64,000 bases of DNA, taken from Piromyces finnis finn. Lineage: Eukaryota; Fungi; Neocallimastigomycota. The notes beneath the pieces were generated by a model, which did no database searches, had not been told where the DNA came from, and saw nothing but the letters and a program-made list of their open reading frames with translations. The stretch is from NCBI GenBank assembly GCA_002104945.1, contig MCFH01000046.1:384833-448832 (forward strand). Reading direction: 5' to 3'. A program made the translations under genes and the position numbers. Shown one piece after another: positions 1 through 14,019 of this stretch (position 1 is its first letter; every line of letters starts with the position of its first letter).

Positions 1-770
1 ATTCATATTATTCATACCGTTTATATTGTTTATATTGTTTGTATTATTCATATTATTAATTGGTAATGGTGGTCTCATCTGACCTACTGAATTAATTGAA
101 TGAATTGTACCAGCCCTTGAATTTAAAGTGTTAAATGAATTAACAGAATGCATAGTATTTGAGTTAATGGAATGCATAGTACCTCCTCTTGAATTCATTG
201 TACTTCTAGAGTTAATTGTATTTAAGGTATTAATAGTGCCAAAACCTTGGTTATTATTTTTAGTAAATGACATATCATTTTTCGAATAATTTAGTGCATT
301 TTCTATTTGTGGAAGAGAGGCCGAATTATAAATTGGATCAATGAAGCTATTATTTGAAGAATTTACTGAATTTACTTTCCATGGTAAGTTTGTATATAAT
401 TGCTCTTCTCTTTCTTCATACGATTGACGACGATTGTTAACAAACATAAAAACCATAAGTGAAATACCAGCTGTAATTGCAACAACAGAAATAACAATTA
501 CCACTTTTGTTGTTCCTGGTATACTATTGTTATTATTATTACTATCTTTTATTTCTTTATTATTATTATTATTATCTGACGTTTCGATAGCTTTGTTATT
601 TTCTGTTGATTGATTTACATTATTTTGTGTTACTGTTTGAGAAACCTCCTTTGTATCTTCAGGAAAACCTATTTTATATTCTATATATAAAGGAGATGCT
701 TGTCGTTTTCTTAAACCAAAAGAATTATCAACAATATTATCATTATATCCATTATTATATCCATTAAAAC

Positions 771-801
<31 letters not shown>

Positions 802-1413
802 TGTGTTGGCTATATCATTTCCATTGCCATAAGTTGAATAAATTGAATCATTTCCATTTGTTGGTCCATTTACAGTATTATCTACATTAATATCTGAATT
901 AAGGTCATAATTGGTGATGCGATACCCAACATCTGGTGTGTTACTATTGATTAATTTTATTTCTAATAATATTTCAGTTGCTGAATCAGGTGTCAATTTA
1001 GTATCTTTTTTATAACAAAGATAATAACTTGTTTTTTCTGTGTTATATCCAAATTGATTGGATTGAGATTCCTTTAATGGATGTGGAAATTTTGTATAAC
1101 CAATTGGAGTTAGTTCATTATCTCTAATAACTTTTATGTCCAAATATGCTTGCTCTGAATTTTTATTATCGTTTGTTTTTACTGCTATATATCTATATTC
1201 ATTTTGGAAGCCATCATTTTGATAAATATATTGTTGTATATATTTCCAATTAAAATCTGGTGGTTGATTATCTATTATATTTTTACAATTTAATTTTCCA
1301 TTTCGCATTGATATATCATTTGGACAAGATATAATTGTTATATCAGTAATATATGAGGAATTTACTATTGCTGATAAAAGTAATGTTCCTAATATTGAGA
1401 ATTTTAACTTCAT
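1..1413 (-). CDS. Type I membrane protein with signal peptide, MABP-like (beta-prism) ectodomain, N/S/T-rich stalk, single TM helix and cytoplasmic tail; 3' end runs off the window
   Basis: Hand translation from ATG at 1413 stays open to position 1 (absent from the ORF track because there is no stop). It reads MKLKFSILGTLLLSAIVNSS (signal), then YITDITIISC...AYLDIKVIRDNELTPIGYTKF...SYYLCYKKD...ILLEIKLINSNTPDVGYRITNYDLN, then TM KVVIVISVVAITAGISLMVFMFV followed by NNRRQ. The ORF is solid; the domain call is motif resemblance only. Confidence 0.8.
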
Positions 1414-3630
1414 TTTTGTGAATTATTTATTTTTAGATATTATTTAATATTTATTTCTAGTTCCCTATGTTATTATTTAGTTAGATTTAATAGATATTTT
1501 ATTTAATTATAAAGTTGATAACATTTTTTTTGTGTTGCTTTTCTTCTTTCTTTATTTTTTTTTTAATATAAATAAAACGACAATACAATAATTTATAAAT
1601 TTTAAATTAGATTATTTATATATTCTATTGATTTGAATATATATGTTTTCTTATATTTACAACAACATATATATATTTAAAATGAATTTGATAGTATTTT
1701 ACAAATTTTAAATTAAGTATATACAATCTATCTTAATATTTAATATTTTATTATATTATTAATCATAATAATGTTGCTTATTTTATGTTCTATTTATTTG
1801 TATAAAGATTTCTTCAATTATTTTTAAAAGTGTAATGAATACAATATTTGGAATATAAAGGATGTAATTATGTTAATATTTATAATAAAAATAAGTTTTA
1901 AATGACTGAAACTAATAATATTGAAAAAAAAAATAATTCTAATAATTTCTAATAATAATAATAATACTACTAAAAAAATAATAATAAAGAAAAAAAAAGA
2001 TATAAAAAAAAAAGAAGTATTTTAGAAGAAAAAAAAAATTAAAATATAAAATATTAATAATTATAGTTTAGAAATTAATATATTTGCTAAATTACTTTTA
2101 TATTAATTATTTATATTATTAAATGAAAAAGGATAATTTTGGATAAAATTATTATTTAATTGTTTCAAAGTTTTCATGGTAATATAATTGAACAATTCAA
2201 ATAAACATCCTTTTAATATATTATAATATATAGAAACTTAAATTTTATTGGAAAATATCATATTACTACAATAAAATGTAATATATTATTTATTTCTTGT
2301 GAAAGGTAGAAATTTTTTATATTCACTTTTTAAACCCATTATACATTTATATTTATGTACATTTATATAATATTATATCATCATCATCATTAATAATTAT
2401 ATTATATTATAATTATATTTTATAAATGTATTTGATTATACAACTGATTTTAGTCTTATATCTAACTAATTAATTGTAATTAATATTATTTTTTTTATTA
2501 AAGTATTTATTTTTAAGTTATTAAATAAATTATTATAATTAATCATTTCAAAATATATATTCATTTCTCTATTAATAAAGATAATAATCAGATGCTTTAT
2601 TTTTAGTAACTTATAAATATTATGTTAGATGTCATTTATGGGTATAATATTTTCTCAAAAAACTATATATATATACTTTATACACAATACTATTAAATTA
2701 ATATATAATCATCTCATATGAATATTGCTTTTAATATATTAAAATAACTAAACAATTTAAATACAATAAATTATTTAATATATTATATAAGAATTTAATA
2801 ATTATATTTCTTATTCTTTTTTTTATTATATATTTAAAGTTTTGTGCAACAATATTATCCCAATATATTTTTTTTTGATATTAAATTTAATATTAAATAG
2901 AGTTTTGACATTTTTGCGGTAAATTATAATTATCAAAAAAAGTCCCGTACTGATATAATTTAGTTTTACTTCCTTTTTTAGGGAGAAGTTTAATGTTAAT
3001 AATCAGTTATTTGACTATTAATAAAACGATGAATTAAATATATGAGATAAAATATTATTTATCTATATTATAATATTTATATCTATAAAATATGTTTATA
3101 CTTGGTGTTAATTGTTAATTAATACTAGAATATAAAATTATGATTAAATATTTATTAAATTGTAATTCCATAATAAAATATAAAAAACCTAAAAATTTAT
3201 TATAGGAAATTAAATAAATTTATGTTTTTTAATTTAATTTTATTTTAAGAATTTTAATTATTTTTAATTAAATTTAATCACGTTGTATTATGTATATTTT
3301 AATTTATTTTATGTATTATATACTTTTTCTTTAATAATTTTTATTAATAATTAAAGTTTTTACTTTGTATTTCCTATTTCCTATAACAATACACCTTGAA
3401 AAAAAGACTGTATATATAAAACTTATTTTATAACTATTATTATAAAAAATATTTTTAAATAAAAGTTGCATAAAAAAGTTATAAGATAAATTTATATGCA
3501 AACAAATGGCTATGATATTATACAATCTTTTTTATAATTATTTTATTAACAATATAATAAAATGTATTTAATAGTTGAACCAAAAAAAAAAAAAATAATA
3601 TAACAGCAAATTTAATGAACTATTAAATTG

Positions 3631-3657
3631 AAATAAATAAATAAATAAACAAATTAA

Positions 3658-3724
<67 letters not shown>
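3631..3724. repeat. (AAAT)n microsatellite
   Basis: Directly visible tetranucleotide run. Confidence 0.9.
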
Positions 3725-3726
<2 letters not shown>

Positions 3727-4282
3727 AATTAATAATATTTTTATTAATATTTATAAAAAAATTTTAATTCTGGTTAAAATCATTAATTTATCATGAAAGA
3801 ATAATTTATGGTTTAAAGTATTTATAAAATAGAATGTTAGAATATATACATATTTAATAAAGTTATAATTTAATTCTTATTTAGATTTTTAATTTTCTTT
3901 TATGTTTATTTTACATTTTAAAATTTTCAAAACTTATTTTGGTTTGTATTTATACTATTATAAATAATATTTTCTTTTTTATTACATTTATTTGTATACT
4001 TTTTTTATACCATTTTTTTGTTCATTTATTTTGTTTTTGTTTGATAAATAAAATATAATAGTAACATTTTAATAATAGTTGCTTGTATGTTTTATGATTT
4101 GTTCAGATATTTTGAAACTTTGCTAAAAAAAAAAAGAAAGATTCTATATAAATTATATATAATGTGATAATGTTTGTTTTTTGGTAATTCTTGTAATTGA
4201 AAAGACTTTTTTTTTTTCAAGTATCATTTAATAAATCAAATTAATATTAAATAATTTTTTATACAATACAATTTTTTTATAT

Positions 4283-5096
4283 TTAATAATCATCACTATC
4301 ATAATCACTTTCGCTGCTGCTATTATCCTTTTTATCAAATACTTCATCCTTTTCAATTTTAATGACATCTAATGAGTGCAAATATAATGCAATTGTTTTA
4401 AAGTCAGTACCCTTAAAAGCAATTAATTGATCTTTTAATTGTCCTTCTTGATAAATTAATAAGGTTGGGAAGTTACGGTCTGGGTAGGCTCTCATATCGT
4501 ATTTAACAAATTTGGTAGCTTTGAATCTTTCAGCTAGCTTTTTCATATGTTCAGTTACAATACGACATTGTGGAACAGAATCACGACACATGTAAACAAC
4601 AACAGCGCATTCCTTACTGGCTTCAGTAACTTCTCTAACAAAATTAGTTTCATCAATAGTAATTAAACTACCATATTTTTCTTTACGAGCTAAGGCTTGC
4701 ATTTCTGCAATACGTTTTTGACGATATTGTTCAAGAACTCTTCTGTCATCATCTTCTAATAATTCATCTAATTCATCAAGAGTGCTTTGTTCGAGAATCT
4801 CTTCTCTTGTTGGTAACAAGTCATTTGGATCAATTTCTTCTGGCTTTGGTTCTTTTGGTGGAAGGACACCCTTTTATATTATTATAATATTATATTTTAT
4901 AATTAGTTATCATATAATTATTTTTAAATTAATATAGTTATATATACACATTTTCATATTTATTAAATAATTTATTTTCACAAACTTCATTAAAATTTTT
5001 ATTTATTTTATATAATACAACTATTATACATCAATTAGTATATCATCCATTTATATTTTAAAATTTCAATTATTTTTCAATATATTCAATAAAAAC

Positions 5097-5127
<31 letters not shown>

Positions 5128-5588
5128 GAATTATCTATAATATACATAACGTATAATATTAATATAAAAGAAATAGGGATAGTTATTAATGATATATAAA
5201 TCAAATTTAATTTCAATTTGTGTATTTTAAATTATTATAATTATAGAATCTAAATTTTAACAAATATTATTTTAATTTACAAACAAACAATCAAAATGAA
5301 ATTGACTTATAAGTGAAATCTCCATAATTTTTATTTCTATTATAAATTACTTTATTAAGTATTAGTTGAAACTAAGACTATTAATATTAAAATTTGAATT
5401 TTCGTTAATTAGAAAAATTGTGAATATAAATTATAAATTTTACTATAATAATGACAATAATAAAAAGTAAAAAATAAAAGAACTATATTTTTTTATTTAA
5501 AACATTTTTAATATATAACATTATTTATTATTATTACATGTGCTCTAAGAATATCATTCCATTCAGTGTCTTCGTTTGGATTTATCAT
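4283..5588 (-). CDS. PLP2: Phosducin-like protein (PhLP2/PDCL3 type, CCT co-chaperone), 2 exons
   Basis: Exon 1 (5588-5538) MINPNEDTEWNDILRAH, donor GTAATA. Exon 2 (4870-4283) GVLPPKE...LEQYRQKRIAEM...EVTEAS...YPDRNFPTLLIYQEG matches the PDCL3/Plp2 motifs (DTEWNDILR, GILPPK, YPDRNLPT). Intron is 667 nt. Confidence 0.93.
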
Positions 5589-6165
5589 CTTTATTAAATA
5601 TTATGTATAGAAGATTAAAAAAAAAAAAAAGATATAGATATAAAAATTTAATTGATTTTAATTTTTTTAAATTAAATTTTTTTCATTATTTTTAATTGTT
5701 AAATGTTTATTTTTTTATTTTATTTTTTAAACAAATATTTGATTTTAATAAATGTTATTGTAAAATTAAAAAATAACAATAATATCATAGTATAGTATAA
5801 CTATTAAAATATATTATATGGAAATCATTTTAACGAATTTATCATTAAGTTTATAATATTAATAAAAATTATAAAAGTTATTTATTTAAAAATAAAAGTT
5901 GGCAATTAGAAATTAAATACTATATAAAAATAAAAGAACAAGTTTTATTTGGTATTATATCCATTAAAAATTAGTTAACAATATGAATATTTGCTATTTA
6001 TTTTTATACATATATGGTCATTTTATTTTTAAATGTATTTAAAGGAAAAGAAAAAGTGTTAGATCTTATTGATAATAAATTATTTTTATATAGGTATATT
6101 TTTTTCTAAACTAGATATTATAGATATTTTAATCGTAAAAAAAGAATAGAAATTAGAATAGATAG

Positions 6166-6198
<33 letters not shown>

Positions 6199-6208
6199 AA
6201 CTTTAAAT

Positions 6209-7581
6209 TTATTCATTCAATTTTTCATAAATTTTTTTTTTGGATAATGAGAAACTTTTGTAGTCAATAGATTGCGATGATTGATGGGTGGATGGTTTTA
6301 TTCCACTTGATGATGGAATTGTAGTGTTTGACTTTCTTCTAGTACTTGATGTACCATTTAGTGGATTATTGAGTTCAGGATTATCTTCATTCATATAAGC
6401 CATTGCTGATAATTTTTCTTTTATATTATTTGTTCCTGATGGTGTGACAATAGAGTTGGAATAAGCAGAATTAACAACATAAGCTTTAATTTTTGCATTA
6501 TTATTTACTAAGCGATTTTCATTCAATTTTTTGTCCAGTGATGCCATAGCCCCTGATTGTCGTAGTTGACCTAATGGTGTTCCCATTGAAGAAGCAGGTG
6601 GGTTATTTAGTGGAGGAATACAATTAGATGCATGAGCTTTTGAAGTTGCAGAAGAAGGTGGGGTTTGAAATACATTATCGGTATTTGATGAAAGATTTTC
6701 AGTTATACTACCACCCCACCGTTTAGCAGTATTACTAGATTTTGTTATGGTTGGTTTATTGGAGGAGACTATTGATATATTATTAGATATTGGTATAAGA
6801 GATATTGATGTACTAGGATTATTAATATACTGTGAAGAATCATTTAGATTTATACATGCTGAATATATTTCATCTTCTGCATGGAAATTAGTATTATTTG
6901 CCATTTTATTTAGATCCTTATAATTATTCATGAAACTTGGTGATGGTGATTTATTCGTTGTGCTTACTGTTCTATTTTCCTGTTTACTTGATGGTTTACT
7001 GGTTGGAATATTAGATTTTCCGTTTTGAATTGAAGATTTTCTTATTTTACTAATACTGTATGTTGAATTTGGTATTGGTGCTAATTTATTATATTAATAA
7101 TTATATTAAATATATTATCATTTAGTAAAAGTTAATTTTGAATGATTTATGAAATACAAAAAAAAAAAAAAAAAATATCAATAATAAAAGTAATATCAAT
7201 ATGAAAATATTAATAAATGAAATAAATATTAATGATTAATGTATGTAATTATTCATACATTCAGGCTTTTTATCTTTTATATATTGATTTCGTGAGATAC
7301 TATTTCCATTGTTATTTAATGATTCCTTATATTTTGATGTATTATATGGAATTTCTGAGTCACTACTATCTATTTCTTTTCCCTTTTTTCCTTTAACTTT
7401 TATACTATTTTCTGAATAATTTATATCATCCATTCTACTTGAAGTTTCATTTGAAAATTTTTCATCCCTAATCTTTTAACATATATAAATTATATATATT
7501 ATTAATAATATTTTTTTTTTAAAAAGTTGATATTAAAATTTATAAATAGTGTTATTATTTTTTAATTATATGCAAAAATTA

Positions 7582-7675
<94 letters not shown>

Positions 7676-10382
7676 GTCCGTTTAATTATTTTAATTATCA
7701 AACATACTCTTTTATTTTCATTTAAAGTTTCATCTGAATTTATGGCACTTTCTTCATTATTTAATGTATCATTTTGACTACTTTGTAAGTTTCGATAATT
7801 ATCACTTTCAGCTGATCGAATATCTCTTTCAGCTGATCTTAAATTTCTTCTTTCCGTATTAATTTTCATATTAGTATAGGTACTATTATTAATATTTTGA
7901 TTACTATTTTTTTCTTTGTTGGATTTCCTTTCTGAGACCCCAGCTGAGTTGGACTTTTCTCTGGCAGAATGTGTTCTTTCTCTTTCAGAATTTGATATTT
8001 CTCTCGTTGAATTTCTTGTTGAATTAGATTTTTCTTTAATTGAATTTCTATCTGAATTTGTTCTTTCCCTTGTTGAGTTTCTTGTCGAATTAGTTTTTTC
8101 TCTGTTTGAATTAACATTTTCTTTTTCTCTTGCTGATTGTGTTTTTTCTCTTGTTGAATTTCTCGTTGAGTTTCTTGTTGAATTTCTCGTTGAGTTTCTT
8201 GTTGAATTTCTTGTTGAATTTCTTGAACTTACTGAATTAACTGAATTCCTAGTATTACTTTCTTTTTCACGTTGTTTAGCTTCCAATAATTCTTTGTTCT
8301 TTTCATGTCTTCTTTTACTTTCTTTATTTCTATCTACTAATTCCTTTACCATATAATACAATGAGAATTCTGGTGAACGAACATCATTTAAAATTCTCTT
8401 TGGTAATTCATTAATATTAAAACCCATTCTAGCTGTTCTTTCTAAAATTTCTTTATCTAAATTTATAAGGGGTGGTCTATCTTGTAAATAATTTGGAGGT
8501 GGTGAGTTGTATTCTGATATTGTCCATGGATGATGTCTAATTTCTTCTATTGTTAATCTTTTTTTCGGATCTAATTCTAACATCCCTTTAATTAATGATT
8601 TTGCCTCTGAATATAAATTAAATTTAAATGTATAATTATCATAATTTTTTTTTTTTAATTTTTTTTTATTAGAAAATGAAATAAAGTTAGATGTTAAAAT
8701 TTATATATATTAATATATTTTTAATTTTATGGCTTAATATATATATATAAATATTTAAATGAAAATGATGAAATATATACCTAAGGGAATATAGTTTGAA
8801 TCTCCATATTCTGCATGTAAAATCTTTCTTTGAGTTTCTGCTGGATCCTTTGCAGCAAATGGTAATGCACCAACAAAAAAAACATATAAACAAACACCTT
8901 TTTTTTTTTTTTTTTTAATTTTTAATATTTATTTTTCATTAGAGTATTAGTAATAATTAGTAAATTGTATTAGTTTGGTAATATTCAATTAAAATATTAT
9001 TCATTATATATATACCTAAACTCCATATATCAACTTAGTAATTAATTTATTAATATAATAAATAAAATAGTATTAATTAGTAAATTAAAATACAATTTTA
9101 TATTTTTATCCTTAATCAAAACTAAATTTACCTTCGGGACCAACATATTTCCTACTACCAACCATTTCCGGGGCAACATACATTGGTGAACCACAAAAAG
9201 TATTCAACTATTAAATATATATAATATTAGTTTTAGAGAAAAACTAAATTATGGAATAAAATTATATTATATATTCATTTTTTTTATTATCATACCTTAT
9301 TTTCATAATCAAAAAAATTTACAAAACCAAAATCAGCCAATTTTAAATTTCCATGTGAGTCAATCAGAAGATTTTCAGGTTTTAAATCTATATATATATA
9401 TATATACATATATTTTTTTTTAAAAAAATATTAAAATTAATCTATGTTAATATTCAATTATATATTTTTATAATGAAAAACATATTATCATATTATATTA
9501 GGTAAACTAATTTTTTGACGAAATATTTATGAATATACCTCTATGAATTAAACAACTATTATGTAAATATGACAGTGCTGATACAATTTGTCTAAAATAT
9601 TTTCTGGCCAATTTTTCTTTAAATCTTTTCTTTGTAATAATATAGTCGAAAAGTTCTCCTATTAATTGTAAATTTTTTTTAATAATTAAAGATTAATAAA
9701 TTATTATTTTTTTTTTTTTATAAATTGGATCCTTTAAGAATTAGAGTTTAATAATTATTTATATATATTTTTTTACCTCCTTCGACATATTCTAGTACTA
9801 ATATAATCTCATCTACCAATTCACCAACTTCATAAAGTTTGACAATATGTGGATGTTGTATTAATTTTAAGAATCGAATCTAAAATATTATAGTTTTGAA
9901 AATTATAATAGATTATAATAATATAATTATTATTAGAAAATTATAATCCAAGTAATATTTTTTTTTATGAAATAATAAATATATTTGAATGTTGCTATTA
10001 ATATTACTTCTCTTTTTAATCTTTTAACATGCGATACTGTTTGTAATTTTGTTTTTGGAATAACTTTTAATGCAACCTTTTTTTTTTTTAAAAAAAAAAA
10101 AAAAAACGTAAGATCAGTAAGTGATATAATTAATAGTAAGAGTTGAATAATTATATTTTTTTTAATATAATATTGATATTGTGAATATTTTATTTATTGT
10201 TTTATTACTTTTTGACCATTAATAATATTTGTAGCTAATTTAACCTTGGCATAACTCCCTTCTCCAATAACCATTTCAACCTTGTATTTTTTGAAAAGAA
10301 TTACATGATGATCTTGTTTATTATTATTATTATTATTAGTGTTGTTATTATTATGTTGAACAGATTTAACTTGAGTACTCAT
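6209..10382 (-). CDS. AMPK-related Ser/Thr kinase (MARK/Kin1-like catalytic domain plus UBA-like segment) with long low-complexity tail, multi-exon
   Basis: Spliced motifs: [79 protein letters not shown], then [14 protein letters not shown]...FSLYYMV (UBA-like). The tail exons splice in frame to the stop at 6209. Confidence 0.9.
7580..7675. repeat. (TAT)n microsatellite in kinase intron
   Basis: Visible run; explains the spurious poly-Ile end of ORF 7579..8583. Confidence 0.9.
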
Positions 10383-11888
10383 TTAGTAATTTATAATAAT
10401 AATATAAATTGATTAAATATTGAATAATATCAATAGTTAATAGTTATCTTCTATATTATCTAAATTAATGTTATACATTTAAATATATCATTAATAATAT
10501 TATAATATTATATATATATAAATATATAAGTAGTATCATAATACTCACAGCTATTAATAATATAAAAAGTGAGTATATTTTTCTATTTTAATATTCATTA
10601 AGGTAGATAATAATAATAACGGTATTATTATTAATTTATTATAGATATTTTGACTTTATCTATACAAAAATACAAAAATTTGGATATAACTTTAAAGTAT
10701 TGGACTCTAAATAATTAATTGTTGATTTTTTTTTTAAAAAAAAGATGAAGCATATATTTACAAGGTAGTTTTATCCATAAAAGTTATATGAACATAATTA
10801 AATTATTTTCCTTTTTAATTGGTGATGGCATATATCTTTTTTTATTTTTATTTTTTTATTGTATATTTTATATAGATTATAATATTTATAAATGCTTTTT
10901 TTTTTTTTTTTTTTTTTTTTTTAATCGTTAATTATAAATATTTTTTAATATTTTTAATGAATATGTTTAATTTATTTTCATAAATATTCCAAATAATGTT
11001 TAATGAATATGCAAATAATTTACAATCGAATGATGAAATATATAGGTTAAGTTGATAATAATTATAATCCCAATATATGTATTTTAATAATATTAATATA
11101 TCTAAATATTATTCATAGAGAAATAGTATTATATATTTTTTCTTTTTTTCTTTTTTTCTTAATTTTTAGTATATTAAATGTATAAATAAAATAATATATA
11201 CGATTTTAATGAATAAATATAGTATTACTTTCATACAAAATCGAAAAAAATTAAAAGCTAAAATTCATTTAATGATTTTTTTTTTTTTGTATATAATACA
11301 TAGAATTTGAAATGGTTTCATTAACTTTGTTCTTTTTTTTTTTTTTTTAATTTAGTACCATAAATAATAATTATATTTCTTTTCAAATAAAATTTAAATT
11401 TTTAAAATTATTTTCGAATTTCAATCAAAAGAAAAAATAGTAATTTTTAAACTTTTTATTATGATATAAAAATAAAAAATATCCCTTTTATTTTTATCAT
11501 AATAACATATAAACTTTAACAATTTTTTTTTAATCTCATACTTTATATTCTTTTTATAAATCTAATATATATATATTCTCTGATATATATAGAATATGTA
11601 ATATAATAATCCTATATATTATATAATAAAAAGTTTTAAATCTATAAATTAATATTGATCAGAAAATTTTCAAAGGTAAATTGGTAAATTTATCTGCATG
11701 TCACCAATTAATTTTTCTTTTTCTTTAATAAATCAATTAACCATAAAAGAATATCTTTTTTTTTTTTTTTTTTATATTATTAATGATTTGAAAAAAATTT
11801 TTAAGTAATAAATATTAAACATTTTATTCATTAATACATTAAAAATTATAAATAAAATAGATATATTTAAATAATTACAGGAAATTAA

Positions 11889-12370
<482 letters not shown>

Positions 12371-13205
12371 TTGAAATAGTTGCATAGAATAAAAGTTATA
12401 GCCATATACCATAATTATAATACTTTTCCCTTATTTCAAAGGTGTCATGCTTTATATACATTAATTTCAAAAATGTTTTATTGAATATTTGATGGTGATT
12501 ATGTATTGTAAATATAAAAAAAAAATATTTTATCTTATCTCATTAAGTATTGCTATTTCATTTTGTTACTAAAAAAAATTTAAAATATAAAATTAGATGA
12601 TAGTTTTACAAGTAACAAAATAATCAAATATTATAATCATCAAAAATCATTATCTATCAAATATGCCAAAATATGCCGTTATTAATGTAATGCTGTTTAT
12701 GATATTTTTCATATTAATTTACTTTTTAATTTTTTTAATGATGTTTTGGAATGCATTTGATATATTAATTTTAATATTTATTAATTTAAAAAGTGTATTA
12801 ATTATAATTATTAATTAATAAAAGATATTAATATGTATAAAACTTTTAAATTTTTGTGGTTTGAAAATAATTAAAATTTTAAAACAACTAATTGTAAATA
12901 TTGAAAGTTTTAAAAATATTAAAATTTTAATTTTGTAAAAATTTACAGTACAACTGATTGGTAGTCAAAAAATTAAAATTATACTTTTATACTATTTATA
13001 TGAAATTAAATTATACACAAAAAAAGAAAAAAGAAAAAAAAAATAAAAACTATTAGAGCTGCGGCGGTAAAGAAATATTTTTTTTTTAAATATAAATACT
13101 CTTTAATTTTTCCTTTTTTTTTGAATTTTTAAACTAAAAAAAAAAAAAAGAATATAAAATAAAGTAATCTATTGTAAAAAATTTAAAAAAAAAACAAAAA
13201 ACAAA

Positions 13206-14019
13206 ATGAAATCATTCTTATTTTCAACGGTATTTTTATTATCTACTATTGCTAAAGTTTATAGTATTGGATACACTTGTAAAAAACATGTTGTTATTTC
13301 TGAAGGTGATGAATGTACCGATATTTTTGGATATGATTCCAAAAAAGATTATTTTGTTAAATACGATCAATTAATGCTCTATAATCCAAGTATGCAATCA
13401 TAAATATGTTTATGTAAATTGAAGAAGTAAAAAAAAAATTAAATTAATATAACTAATTTTTTCCAAATATGTAAATAGATGTTGATTGTGATGCATTATT
13501 TGAAAGAGAAATGATATGTGTTGAAGTTGATGAAAAGAAAAGTCCTAAAATGCTATCCTATACTCTTCAACCAAATGATACTTGGGATTCTGTTGCTAAA
13601 AAGTTACATTCTTCAAAGCAAGCTCTTTATCACACAAATTTAAGTAAGTATTTTTAATAGAATAAATTAATTTTTAAATATTTTATTTAAAATATTAAAA
13701 TTATTATAAAATTATAGATGTCTTTAGATACTTTGAAGATAATATTGAAGATTATATAAAATATGAAAGAATAATAGATTACCGTGAGGATGGTCGTTAT
13801 AACCCAACTTTTGATGAGAGTGTTAAAATTGATATTAAAACCGGAAAGCCAATTAAAAGTGGAAAATCAAAAGATAAAATTACCAAAACTACAACTAAAA
13901 CCAAAACTACAACCAAAACCACAACTAAAGCAAAAACCACAACTAAAGCTAAAACTACAACAAAAGCTAAAACCACAACCAAAAATACAAAAACCAATAA
14001 GAAGACTACTAAAAAATAA
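13206..14019 (+). CDS. Secreted LysM-domain protein (two LysM-like modules) with K/T-rich C-terminal tail, 3 exons
   Basis: Signal MKSFLFSTVFLLSTIAKVYS. Module 1 YTCKKHVVISEGDEC...QLMLYNP|NVDCDALFEREMICV is the Cys-containing fungal LysM pattern. Module 2 is YTLQPNDTWDSVAKKLHSSKQALYHTN. Phase-1 GT-AG introns follow NP and NL; the tail is (KTTTKA)n up to TAA at 14017-14019. Confidence 0.82.

Noticed and set aside
3331-3525. Short intergenic ORFs (also 17552, 30667, 31472, 43025, 47994, 56082, 56313)
   Set aside because: I/F/Y/N/K-rich products typical of random AT-rich DNA, often with non-ATG starts.
4871-5537. Unusually long first intron of PLP2 as a possible ncRNA host
   Set aside because: No C/D box pair or stable stem was seen on the sense strand; the sequence is plain A/T.
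7916-8356. Antisense or alternate-frame ORFs overlapping real genes (also 7866, 13784, 13797, 23976, 23984, 32199, 36941, 52867, 54281, 55127, 55173, 59787, 59836, 62191, 63255)
   Set aside because: They are shadows of repetitive or biased coding sequence with no independent motifs.
13057-13071. GCTGCGGCGGTAAA upstream of LysM gene 1, with GCGGT also near 2916 and 15580
   Set aside because: Too few and too short to distinguish from chance, although a Zn2Cys6-type CGG site is possible.
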